Below are positions 26,026 through 37,805 of a DNA stretch of 64,000 nucleotides, piece after piece; position 1 is the stretch's first letter; each line of letters opens with the position of its first letter. This stretch comes from Eledone cirrhosa. Its lineage: Eukaryota. The position numbers were made by a program, and so were the translations under genes. The notes under the pieces are model-generated. The model ran no database searches and was not told where the DNA came from. It saw only the letters and a program-made list of their open reading frames with translations. The DNA is taken from the NCBI GenBank assembly GCA_964016885.1, contig OZ024751.1, positions 27,528,001-27,592,000 on the forward strand, written 5' to 3'.

Positions 26026-27329
26026 TTCATCATTATCACATAGAATACCTCTTACCTGTTCCGGCCGAGGTCATGCTGGGGCATCAACATTTCTATTGTA
26101 AAAACAACTGCCTTCCTCAGAACTAATATATTAATCAATAACTGTCAAACTGTTTCTGTGGCAACAGCAGGAATTTGGTGTAAAACAAAAAAACTGCTAC
26201 ACATGAACTTGAAAATCATTTTTCACTAAAATATCTCACATTTCAAACTCTTTAATGAGGATCATTTTAAAATTTAATTTTGAATTAAAATTATTTTTTA
26301 AGAAACAATACGTTTTTAAATCAAGTCTAAATTGGGTTTTTGTTTGAAATTTGGATGCATTTACATTACTCTATGTATACTATTATATTTTCACAGTAAA
26401 GGCTTCACATAATATCAAATCTGAGATTTTGAGAACAATACCTTAACATCAGTTAGAGCCGGTTTGAACAGAAAGAGGTGAGAATTCTGGCCAGATATAG
26501 CTTCCCTGTGCATTGATACAATGAAGCACCCACAAAATTAACCATCTTACCAACAACCCTGATTTCCATGTGTCTAACACACGTGGACATGCCAACAAAG
26601 TCAGAAAACAGCACACATGAGTTGTTGAAGCATGGAACTACCTGCATCAGTTGTTAGCTGTCGAGACACTGCATCGTTTAAAACCTCCATGCTTCCTACA
26701 CTACACTTGATAGCCCACCTCCTCCATACACAGTTCATTTTCCTGACATTTGTACATTATTCTATGTACTATACATGCACCTTTGATAATAATACTTGAT
26801 ATATAAGGGTCAGTAAACATTATACCAGTGCTCCAGTCTTGGAAATTGTTTTATACTAAACATTTATGGAAAAAAAATGCTTGAATTTCCACATGTCAGT
26901 CACTGTAACATTGGGTATATCAATTTTGCCTTTTCTGCCACAAAAACATCGAGAGTTAATGTGATATGGAGCATAATGGTGTGGTATTTCTCAACCACAT
27001 TGCTGTAACATTTTCAATGGTGCCCTGGAGATCTTTGCTTTTGCTTTCAAAACAATCATCGTTGGATGAAATTTTAGAAATTGGAAGATAAATCAATTTT
27101 TTTTGTTATCGCTACTTTCACAAGCTAACGATATTTTAGTGTCGGCGACAGGCCAGTTTGAATTAATAAGGGAGAAATAATTTTGGCCACTTTTGAACGC
27201 TAAAGGGTTAATCACCACCACTAACATCTTAAAATACAAGGGTATTTAAAAATCCCACTTAACATCATCTTCAAAATAGTCACTCTGCTGTTTTAACACC
27301 ATTGCCAAGAACCAATCTTTGAACTGGAA

Positions 27330-27850
27330 TATTGGCGAGGAAAGCTGAGTGACAGTGCATGGTCGTGAAGACAGATCCGTCTTCATGAGGAGATGAATTC
27401 TCAACAAACTACGGATATCGTGGAGAGCTTTTCCACTGTTGCTTCATCTTCGGGTCATACCAGTAAGCCCCACCCTTGTCACCAGAGATGACATGAAGGA
27501 TCGGTCATCAGCAGCATGCTGATGAAGATATTGACAGACTTCAACTCGGTCGCCAGGTGGGGGACAAACTTGGCAGCAACACACCGATGTTCAATTCAGG
27601 CGTTAGGTTACCTGCACGGACCCAAACGACAGGCGAACACCAGCAATACCGTTGATTGTCCTCTGACGATCATCATACATAATTCTGGTTAATTTTCTCA
27701 TTTTCGCGCCACACCAAACATTGTCACTAGCAGATTCCCCAAGTTGAACACACAATTTCACGATGGCTGTTCCGTCAATGACAAAATCACAGCATGCACA
27801 ATTGTGTGTTGCCACACTTCAGAACTAGTCCAGAAACTTTGTTGCCCTGT
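27330..27850 (-). mobile_element. Degraded mariner transposase fragment
   Basis: Minus-strand peptides VAAKFVPHL and VISGDKGGAYWYDPKMKQQ resemble mariner A.WVP..L and TGDETW...YDPE.KQQ. Confidence 0.7.
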
Positions 27851-27934
27851 CTTTTACATAAGTGGTAGCAAAATCTATGTTAAGGACACTGAAATATAGA
27901 ATAGAGACAAGAAGCAAGGTAAAGATTAATGTCA

Positions 27935-27940
27935 TTTATT
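27935..27940 (-). terminator. RPL39 polyadenylation signal AATAAA
   Basis: TTTATT on +, ~50 nt after the RPL39 stop codon. Confidence 0.65.
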
Positions 27941-27990
27941 GTGGGGCAATGAGAATCTCCAGCAAACAGTAATTGGGTTTGTTTTCTGTC

Positions 27991-30900
27991 TTACATCTTC
28001 AGCTTAGTACGCCTCCAATGTCTCCTCTTGGCATTGTATCTGAAATAGAGAACATAGAAATCTTAACCAGGCTATGGCTTTTGTTATATCTATAATGAAA
28101 TACACAGAGACATTTGGAACAGCAAATGATTATATCAAATGTCAGGTTTTAATTTAAATTGGACCCTTTAACATTTAAACCAGCCAGTTCTCTCACCGCT
28201 TTCTCTTATAACCAGCTGTAACCGTCCACTCATACTGTTATGGTTTGTTATCAAAATGTGAGATAAAGTCTCTATCATGAAAATACAATAGTATATATAT
28301 AGAGTAAATGGTAACGGGTAAGGGTTAATAGAACTGGGTGGCTTGGTTTCATAAAAATATCCTGTACATTAATTAGCAAGACACCCTTGAAAAATACGAC
28401 TGCATCACATGAAAAATTAGAACCTTAACTTTAGTATTGGAAATGCTTACACTGATCTAATCAATCAGACTAAGAAACAAGTATTTGTATCAACCCACCT
28501 GAGAGGCTGTCATACCCCCAATCAAACCTCTTTACGCTGTCTTAATGAGCTCAAGGTAAATATAAACAGAAGTAATGGAAGAGAGAGTGATAGGCAGGTA
28601 CAAGGTTTTTTAAGAAGGACATTGAATAGGAAAAAACCCTAAACCTAAAGATGATATAATAGAAGTGATGTATATCAACAATCAATGAGTGGGACTGAGG
28701 AATACCGAGAGTTCGTAGTAAAACAGTGGTGAGTAAATATAGACATGCCATCTCTCAGACAGTTGTAGTGATGAGAGGGTTAAATAATAGATATCTAAAA
28801 ACTATTTCTTCTAACACAGTAGTGATGGTCAGAGGGTAAAATAGGTCTGTAATCTCTCACTACAGTGGTCAGAGGGTTAAATAGGTGTCATCTCTCACTA
28901 CAGTGGTCAGAGGGTTAAATAGGTGTCATCTCTCACTACAGTGGTCAGAGGGTTAAATAGGTGTCATCTCTCACTACAGTTAAGGTACAAAACATAAATT
29001 TGTTATTTTCTTGCTTATATATATTACCATTGCACTTTTAGCTATTTTAATTTCTATTAATAAAATAAAAGGCCTCGTCAGTTGTGTTAAAAACATGACA
29101 GCCTCCTAATGTTGATAAAAGCACCCAGTACATCATTGATAAGGACATCCAGCAGTATCAAAGGCATAACTCTGCTGCTAGTGCCATGGTAGAGATGTAA
29201 ACCCACCTGAGAGGTAGAGAAGAGCTGGCCAACCCTCAGGGACATTAAATGACCAAGATATCCAACTTGTGTTAATTTAGCATCACAACAAACCAGATTA
29301 AGTAAAAAAAAAAAAATCTTTGGCACTACAACGGAATTGGCTGTCAGAAGTGAAAGTAGAAGTAAGTGACGTCAAACCTTCGTTTATTTCTGTATCACCA
29401 CGATGATGCAAAACTTGGTTTTTCACTTTGGGATAATACACGCATTTGCAGCTTGAAAAATATGAATTCTACATTATACCCCAGCGTAAATGGAATTAAT
29501 CATCGCGATATTTCCATCGCTACTGCTACTACAGCAGATACCATTAATGAAAAAACATGGACTTAATCATGTATGTTATTAAAAGGTTCCCGAGTAGTAC
29601 AGTAAATTAAAGCCTTTACGAACGGAACTATGCAATGAAAGTATTTTTAATAAGTGTATCTCTTAGAAATTCGTAAATGGCTGTGTAAACCCTTACACTT
29701 TAAAACAAAATTACAAACCAATTATGTGGTCATTGAAGTTGCTAGAAATAGCAGGCAAATCATACCCTCTACCACATTAAAAAAAGAAAGAACGAAAACG
29801 GGAGTAACTCGTTAATATTTATTGAAATATTTGAAGCGTTACTGCTTCGGACGTGATAAAAAGGAAATTATATAGAGAATTTTAAATATTTCAAAAGCAC
29901 AATCGTCAAGGACTTTATATACTAATTCCTTTCTTTCTGTGTTCGTGGCAGCTGAGTATCAACCATCCATAAATAATTTTTACCCGCTAAGAATCTCAAT
30001 GGGGAAAATTTTCTTCAATTTCTGCCAGTATTACAAAACAAGGTTATCTTGTCGTTACCCGCGTTAAATTGTTTTTTTTTTAAAAAGAAAGTCGGTAGTG
30101 TCGGCCCCATTAACTTCATTTGTTTTCTAATTTGATAACTATGACTATGCATCAACATGGTGATTTCAAAGTTTATTTATTGGTTGTAATACGGAAATAA
30201 ATGAAGGTTTGACAAATGACATCACATTCTTCTACTTTCACTTCTGACAGCCAATTCCGTTGCAGTGCCAAATCTTTAACCCTTTGGCATTTAAATTGGC
30301 CATATCCAGCCAGAACTCTCACTTTTTGTTCAAACCGGCTGTAACTGGTCTTCATACCTATATCAAGGTATTCTCAAAATAAATAACATCAAAATCTCAG
30401 ATTTGATATTATGTGATGTAAAGCCTTTATTGTGAAGATACAATATAGAGTAATGTAAATGCTAAAGGGTTAAATTGTCAAGTTAGAACCCCCACCCCAC
30501 CCTCTATATATGGAAGATATATAAAAACTAACCTCGTTGTATTACCAGTCTTCATTCTGACCCACTGAGGAACTGGCCGATTCTGTTTCATTTTCTTTGC
30601 CAACTTCATTTTTGTTCTAAAAGATTTGTGGGCACCCTGAAAAATTAGAGAATTTACATAAATGTCAACTAATCTAGTTCTGTGAGGATAACAGGTGAGA
30701 CTAATTGTATTGAAAGTCAGTTTTACATCCACCTTTTCTTCAGACAGTTCATTGTTAGGGTTTCCTGAAAAGTATTCATCATATTCGTTAGCTAATTAAC
30801 CAGAAAGACAACAGTATAATTGTTGTAGTTATATTTTCAGAGATTGTAACACATCACTAACATCAGAAGCAGAACTAGTTAAGTTTCATCATAAAATACA

Positions 30901-33900
30901 ACTACAACATACCTTGCATTATAACGTGGATGACTTGTCTGACCCAAGCATGGTGTTAAACAGTGATAATTAGCAATAACAGCTAGTGCTAACTCTGAAA
31001 TACCCTAATGTTGAGGTAACATTCAGTTTAAAATATCCAGATTAAATATTCATATATATCTGGAGGTGTCACAGCAAAAAAGCACCCAGCCCACACTGTA
31101 AATGAGGTTGGTGTTAGGAAGGGCATCCAGCTGTAGAAATCGAGCCAGAATCAGTTCCCACCCCACCCTTGCAAGCAGAGAAAAGTGGTTGTAAAATGAT
31201 GAATGATCTGTATTCTCCATCACATTGTGTTAGTATTATCTCCAACTAAAACTTACATTAAATAAACATTCACCATGAGCGTGATTGTCTAGTGAACTAC
31301 ATACACCAACCACTAATAGTGACATAGTTGTAACCAGTCTGTCTACTACAACACATTGACAGTTGTGACCAGCCAAGCCAACTTGTGGCAGCACATATTT
31401 CTTTCAGAATCACCAACCACCCAACAATACACAACATCCAATTTTGTACAAGTTTAGACCAGACATCACCAACTCCTCTTTCTAATGCCTTTCCCCCACC
31501 TCTAATGTTTTGCCCAAGACCCACATACATATTTTACATATAAAAACCTGTAACCTAGAGATAACACCTCAATGACTCCCCCCCCCCCCCTGCACCTCCG
31601 ATACCTGAAAACTTGGCCCCTAGATCTATCTCTCCACACTGTGATTGGCATTAGGAAGGGAAACCAAACCAAAACCAGTTCTGTATGAACAGGACATGGT
31701 CATATAACCTGGCTTGTTTCACAATGAAGCAACGACACCCATATCTACAAATTTGAAATGAGACCCATATCTCCAATGGCTGATCTAAGCAAAAAATATT
31801 GATCTCATCATCAATATATCAAGTGTGAACATTGTAGATATATTTTCAGTCAGTTTAAACTCATCACTAAGATATCAGCAGCAGAACTAGTTGGAACATT
31901 TCATCATCAAATATAAACTACATCACACAATAATGTCCACCATTACTCAACTAGCAGACAATTATATTTCTACAACCATTGCAATTTTGTCCTAATTAGT
32001 TGTTGTCCCTTGGTCAGATAAGCCCTGAATATTGAACTCAAGTACCACAATAGAAAGCATCCTATCATAACTCCCTTCCACTGAGATCTCTCAGTACTTC
32101 TTCACCCAACACTCATCATCCATACCAGATTATTGCTAAAATACTTGAAATCCTGTCACCTATCATACAACCAAACATATGGGTCATTCCATGTCAAATC
32201 ACCCAGAGGGTCCCAGGTCACCCCCTCAAAAAAATCATACTAGCTCCTGTACCAATACGATGGAAAAATATCAAGTATTAGGTCAATATCTTCGATAGCT
32301 TTGAAATTGTAGGACTTTATAATATTAAGTAATTTTACGTTCTTCCGAACGAGTCTCTCGGACCAGATTGAGACAGCCATTTTCCCTCTAATATGACAAG
32401 AACAACTTTGAAATCATGTGTTTAGGACTAACTTTTTCTGTAGAGTTCAAATATCTTATCAAATCAAGCGTATCTTGAATATTTTTCCATCTACAGGCCT
32501 TTGAAAATTCGACCAGACATTACCAACTCCTCTTTCTAATGCCTTTCCCTCACTTCTAATGTTTTAAAGTTTTGCCCAAGACCCACATAAATATTTTACA
32601 TATAAAAACCTATAACCTAAAGATAACACCGCAATGCACCTCCCATACCTGAAAACTTGGCCCCTAGATCTATCTCTCCACACTATGCGGTTGGAATTAG
32701 GAAGGGAAACGAAACCCAGTTCTGTATGAACAGGACATGGTCATATAACCTGGCTTGTTTCACAATGAAGCAACGACACCAAGTCCACATATATATCTTA
32801 CATATAAACATTTGAAACGACACCCATATCTCCAATGGCTGATCTAAGCAAAAAAATATTGATCTCATCATCAATATATCAAGTGTGAACATTGTAGATA
32901 TATTTTCAGTCAGTTTAAACTCATCACTAAGATATCAGCAGCAGAACTAGTTGGAACATTTCATCATCAAATATAAACTACATCACACAATAATGTCCAC
33001 TATTACTCAACTAGCAGACAATTATACTTCTACAACCATTGCAGTTTTGTCCTAATTAGTTGTTGTCCCTTGGTCAGATAAGCCCTGAATATTGAACTCA
33101 AATACCACAATAGAAAGCATCCTATCATAACTCCCTTCCACTGAGATCTCTCAGTACTTCTTCACCCAACACTCATCATCCATACCAGATTATTGCTAAA
33201 ATACTTAAAATCCTGTCAACAACCAAACAATATCCATATGTAACTAAAATATACAACTGTATGTCAACTTTGTGGTCTTCAAACACAAGTCAACCATGGC
33301 TAACTTCTATCTCCACGTGGATTTGAAATTACCACAAAAATAACAAAAAAAAAGTCAAATGAATTCTGCTAGGAAATTAAATTGGAACGTTATGAATATA
33401 TACACACACATTTATATAGAGAGAGATAAATATGTGTGTATATATATATATTCTACCAGCCGAAATACGATTCTCACTGTATATATATATATATATCGTT
33501 TGAAACGGTCTGAGGCTCATTTAAACAAAAGTAATGATCTCGTTATCATCAATACACACACACGTAAATTATTTCTTGGTTACTAACCTTCTTTTATCAA
33601 TTTTGAATATTTTAGACACCAACGGAGGAGTTAAAAACCATCAAATGACAATTTCATATAAAACATTTCTGTCGTTTAATTAAATAGGAAAGTAAATTAA
33701 CTCAACGTCCTGTACCACATCAAACAGTATTCTTATATTCCCAACGATGTCGGTCGGTTAAAGTACATTTTAATTAATATAATAAACAAGAAATATTTTC
33801 TAAATAATCCCACAACGTAGTAAATATATTTTCAACTCTACGAGAATCTATAATAAACTGAATATTTCACTAAAATCCACCTTATTGTTACAGAATGTTG

Positions 33901-34122
33901 TGTAGACATCATCTAACTTTTATAATAGAAACATTAAATACAAAAACGAATCATCTGTTCTGATATATAACTACACATGGTTGTGGTATTTATTAAAAAA
34001 AAAATGCTAAAATAATCACATATTTAGAATTGTTAAGGTTTAATTTGTAATACAGAGACATTTTAACAGACGGATTGTTGCTAATTAATGTAAAAAGTGA
34101 AAGATATATTTCAACTTACCAT
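27991..34122 (-). CDS. RPL39: 60S ribosomal protein L39 (eL39), 3 coding exons, 51 aa
   Basis: Exons: ATG at 34122-34120 followed by GTAAGT; 30636-30533 ([34 protein letters not shown]); 28039-27991 ([16 protein letters not shown]-stop). The 3/104/49-nt layout is the conserved RPL39 structure. Confidence 0.97.
28825..28980. repeat. 39-bp minisatellite in RPL39 intron 2
   Basis: tctctcactacagtggtcagagggttaaataggtgtca units. Confidence 0.85.
29322..30269. mobile_element. Non-autonomous DNA transposon, Merlin-like (long TIRs, 8-bp TSD)
   Basis: ~80-bp imperfect TIRs beginning GGCACT. TSD AAATCTTT at 29314-29321 and 30270-30277. Confidence 0.75.
30280..30469. mobile_element. piggyBac-like MITE
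   Basis: TTAA|CCCTTTGGCATTTA ... TAAATGCTAAAGGG|TTAA. Confidence 0.7.
30712..30787 (-). ncRNA. Candidate box C/D snoRNA, target unknown
   Basis: ATGATGA (30782-30776), CTGA (30743-30740) and CTGA (30720-30717). Span is 66 nt, with the D box ~80 nt from the RPL39 exon-2 acceptor. C' box and terminal stem are weak. Confidence 0.5.
30832..30898 (-). ncRNA. SNORD38: Box C/D snoRNA, U38/SNORD38 (snR61)-like, copy 1, RPL39 intron 1
   Basis: Minus strand reads tatttt-ATGATGA-aacttaactagttctgctt-CTGA-tgtta-GTGATGt-gttacaatct-CTGA-aaata: C, D', C' and D boxes plus a terminal stem. The D' guide CUAGUUCUGCU is complementary to the conserved 28S AGCAGAACUGG, the U38 target. Confidence 0.8.
31839..31915 (-). 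ncRNA. SNORD38: Box C/D snoRNA, U38/SNORD38-like, copy 2
   Basis: tatatttg-ATGATGA-aatgttccaactagttctgctg-CTGA-tatctta-GTGATGA-gtttaaactga-CTGA-aaatata. All four boxes are canonical, there is a terminal stem, and the guide is the same as copy 1. Confidence 0.85.
32899..32975 (-). ncRNA. SNORD38: Box C/D snoRNA, U38/SNORD38-like, copy 3
   Basis: Identical to copy 2; carried within a ~700-bp local duplication. Confidence 0.85.
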
Positions 34123-34154
34123 CTTTACGTCTTCGTTCTAATAAACGAGAAACC

Positions 34155-34161
34155 GGAAAGA
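34155..34161 (-). promoter_or_regulatory. TCT/5'TOP initiator of RPL39, overlapping an ETS-like CCGGAA site
   Basis: Minus strand reads TCTTTCCGGTTTCTCG, ~35 nt upstream of the ATG. This is the typical ribosomal-protein TCT core promoter. Confidence 0.65.
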
Positions 34162-34359
34162 CTGATTTTCTACCAACGGAAGTAGAAACCGGACTGACAT
34201 TTCATCTAATTTGAATAATAGAAATTATATTTTCAAAAACTCATCAAAATTTTACTTTCAAAATAACAAAAACATATATAAATTAGTTTTGAATTTATTA
34301 AAATGAAAAATTTATGAGAACGAGATTTATAATATGTGTAAATATTCTGCGAGATTAGT

Positions 34360-34373
34360 GCGCGTCTAGCAAC
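34360..34373. promoter_or_regulatory. RFX X-box-like half site (CTAGCAAC) in the putative AGBL2/3 promoter
   Basis: GCGCGTCTAGCAAC in a locally CpG-richer patch ~200 bp from the RPL39 start. Only the right half-site matches. Confidence 0.35.
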
Positions 34374-34857
34374 GAGTTGTTTTAAGCCCGGGAGTCTTGA
34401 ATTCATAAATAATCATACTTTGAAGGTTTGTTCCCACATAAACATTGTCTTATATAGTTTACTGAGGAAACTCATCCGATCTCTTCATTAGAACTTTCTC
34501 CTCTGTATTCTGTTATATATATATATATATATATAAATATTTGTTATATATATAAACAATGTATTATATAATATATATATATGTATGTGTTAATTAAGGA
34601 AAAAGATGATATTAACTTTATAAATTAATAATATTTGAAACTTTCGAAGTTCTACCAGTTCTACTAGTGTTGAAACAGAAACAATTGAATCGTGGTAAGA
34701 AACTCAATATATTTCAAAACAACAATATATGTGGAAGTATGACCTATAGAAAGTTAATCACTGATATAAGATTCTAAAGCTGTACATGAGCTTGCTCCTC
34801 TATATATTGGTAAACTGATTTGTGTGAATGTCACAAGTGTGTTTGATATAAAGTAAA

Positions 34858-35302
34858 AATGGACTTCTCATGGTGCCAAGTACTAGAATGAAGGGCTGCA
34901 GTGAGGTGGGTTCTATAAGTCAGTCCCTGGTCCCTGGAATGGACTTCTCATGGTACCAAGTACTAGAATGAAGGGCTGTAGTGAGGTGGGTTCTATAAGT
35001 CAGTCCCTGGTAACTGGAATGGACTTCTCATGGTACCAAGTACTAGAACGAAGGGCTGCAGTGAGGTGGGTTCTATAAGTTAGTCCCTGGTAACTGGAAT
35101 GGACTTCTCATGGTACCAAGTACTAGAATGAAGGGCTGCAGTGAGGTGGGTTCTATAAGTCAGTCCCTGATCCCTGGAATGGACTTCTCATGGTACCAAG
35201 TACTAGAACAAAGGGCTGCAGTGAGGTGGGTTCTATAAGTTAGTCCCTGGTGACTGGAATGGACTTCTCATGGTACCAACTACTAGAATGAAGGGCTGTA
35301 GT
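34858..35302. repeat. ~80-bp minisatellite (~5.5 units)
   Basis: aatggacttctcatggtaccaagtactagaatgaagggctgcagtgagg... units. Confidence 0.92.
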
Positions 35303-36051
35303 GTTGGTATGTCAGCTCCAGCTTTCTATCTTTATATCAACTGTTCTGTGTGTCAGTTTTCAGATATCCCAGCAAGTTCTTGGGTTTATAAATGAATGAC
35401 AAGGGTAGCTGTAAGCAATTTTTTAATTGCGTGGATCTATGGTGTTATAAAAGTTATTATAACAGCAGTGGATTGCCAGTATCACTTGATCATTGGACAA
35501 TGTTTTGTGGTGTATAGTTACGTCCCTTTATGTTCTGAGTTCAAATCCTGCTGAGGTTAGCTTTTTATCGTTAGGAGGCTGATAAGATAAAGTACCAGTA
35601 ATACATTGGGATCTATTTCATTGACTTTCCCATTCCCGAAAATTGTTGGCCTTGTGCCTAAATCAGAAACCATTATAACAATTCCCCAGTATTTTAAAAT
35701 GAGAATCTAGAGCGGAGGAAAAGACTTGACACCCTTGAAAATTAAAATAATGATTGATGAAAACTAGAAAGACTTTGAAAAGTACTATAACTTCTCTGAC
35801 AAAAGCTAACTGGGTCTTTAAAACATCCCAAACATCCATTTCCTATCAGCTCAGCCAATTGTTCATTAATATTTTTTCTGCTGAGCCCACTGGGTGTTCA
35901 AACCCAAATGCTGGGATGGTCATCCACTTCAGTTCCTTGGTGACAATGAAACTATCAGAATGTTAGATTTATAAATTAAGTCCCTCAATAGATGCTGACT
36001 ATATTTCAGGTATCAAAGAAAATATCACTTTGGGCTATGAACCTGCTTCAT

Positions 36052-36271
36052 TAACAACAACAACAGCAGCAATACTAACAATGCCACTACTGCCAATCAC
36101 AACACCACCACCAACAACAACATCACCAACAACAACACCACCACCACTAACAACAACACCACCACCACTAACAACAACACCACCACCAACAGCAATACCA
36201 CCACCAACAGCATCACCAACAACAACACCACCACCACCAACAATAACAACAACACCACCACCAACAGCAAT

Positions 36272-36302
<31 letters not shown>

Positions 36303-36493
36303 CTAACAACACCACCACCAACAGCAATACCACCACCAACAACAACACCACCACCAACAACACCACCACCACCGACAACACCAACACCACCAACAACACC
36401 AACACCACCAACAACACCACCACCAACAACAACACCATCACCACCAGCAATAACACCACCACCACCAACAACAACACCACCACCAACAGCAAT

Positions 36494-36524
<31 letters not shown>

Positions 36525-37805
36525 CTAACAACACCACCACCAACAGCAATACCACCACCAACAACAACACCACCACCAACAACACCACCACCACCGACAA
36601 CACCAACACCACCAACAACACCAACACCACCAACAACACCACCACCACCGACAACACCAACACCACCAACAACAACACCACCACCAACAACACCACCACC
36701 ACCGACAACACCAACACCACCAACAACACCAACAACACCACCACCAACAACAACACCACCAGCAATAACACCACCACCACCAACAACAACACCACCACCA
36801 GCAATAACACCACCACCACCAACAACAACACCACCACCAACAATAACACCATCACCACCAACAACAACACCACCACCACCACCACCAACATCACCACCAC
36901 GGGCTACCAACACCACCACCACCAACAACACCACCACCACCACCAATAACACCACCACCACCAACAATAACACCACCACCAACAACAACACCACCACCAA
37001 CAACACCACCACCACCACCAATAACACCACCACCACCAACAACAACACCATCACCAACAACACCATCACCACCACCAATAACACCACCACCACCAACAAC
37101 AACACCACCACCAACAACACCATCACCACCACCAATAACACCACCACCACCAACAACAACACCACCACCAACAACAACACCATCACCACCACCAACAACA
37201 ACACCACCACCAACAACAACACCACCACCACCAACAACAACACCATCACCACCACCAACAACACCACCACCACCACCAACAACAACACCACCACCACCAA
37301 CAACAACACCATCACCACCACCAACAACACCACCACCACCACCAACAACAACACCATCACCACCACCAACAACAACACCACCACCAACAACAACACCACC
37401 ACCACCAACAACAACACCATCACCACCACCAACAACACCACCACCACCACCAACAACAACACCACCACCACCAACAACAACACCATCACCACCACCAACA
37501 ACACCACCACCACCACCAACAACAACACCACCACCAACAACAACACCATCACCACCACCAACAACAACACCACCACCAACAACAACACCACCACCACCAA
37601 CAACAACACCATCACCACCACCAACAACACCACCACCACCACCACTAACAACACCACCACCACCAACATTAACACCAACACCAACAACACCACCACCACC
37701 AACAACACCACCACCACCAACATTAACACCACCACCACCACCAACATCACCACCACGGGCTACCAACAATAACACCACGGGCCACCAACAATAACAATAA
37801 CAACA
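36052..37805. repeat. Compound (CCA/ACA/CAA)n trinucleotide microsatellite
   Basis: 1.75 kb consisting almost entirely of A and C; produces the long PT/TN and V/G ORFs in the track. Confidence 0.95.

Larger units (their letters stand above)
31455..33220. repeat. ~700-bp direct duplication (about 31455-32160 and 32515-33220)
   Basis: Near-identical blocks offset by ~1060 bp, each containing a U38-like snoRNA. Confidence 0.9.

Noticed and set aside
28483-29290. Possible pair of H/ACA snoRNAs sharing CCTCTCAGGTGGGTT followed by ACA (28486-28506 and 29196-29214, -)
   Set aside because: No convincing H box or two-hairpin fold, and neighbouring sequence resembles dispersed repeats. snoReport or small RNA-seq would settle it.
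30660-30710. Hairpin ending in ACA (H/ACA-like) on -
   Set aside because: Only ~25 nt from the acceptor, overlapping the branch-point region, and only a single short hairpin.
32010-32125. Apparent C/D snoRNA (ATGATGA...CTGA) on -, duplicated at ~33070-33185
   Set aside because: The C-box region translates as MDDECWVKK, the RTE 3' motif seen elsewhere in the window, so it is a LINE remnant.
36030-37778. 580-aa mucin/extensin-like ORF and antisense V/G-rich ORFs as standalone genes
   Set aside because: A pure A/C triplet microsatellite is nearly stop-free in several frames; the listed start is TTG and there is no signal peptide.
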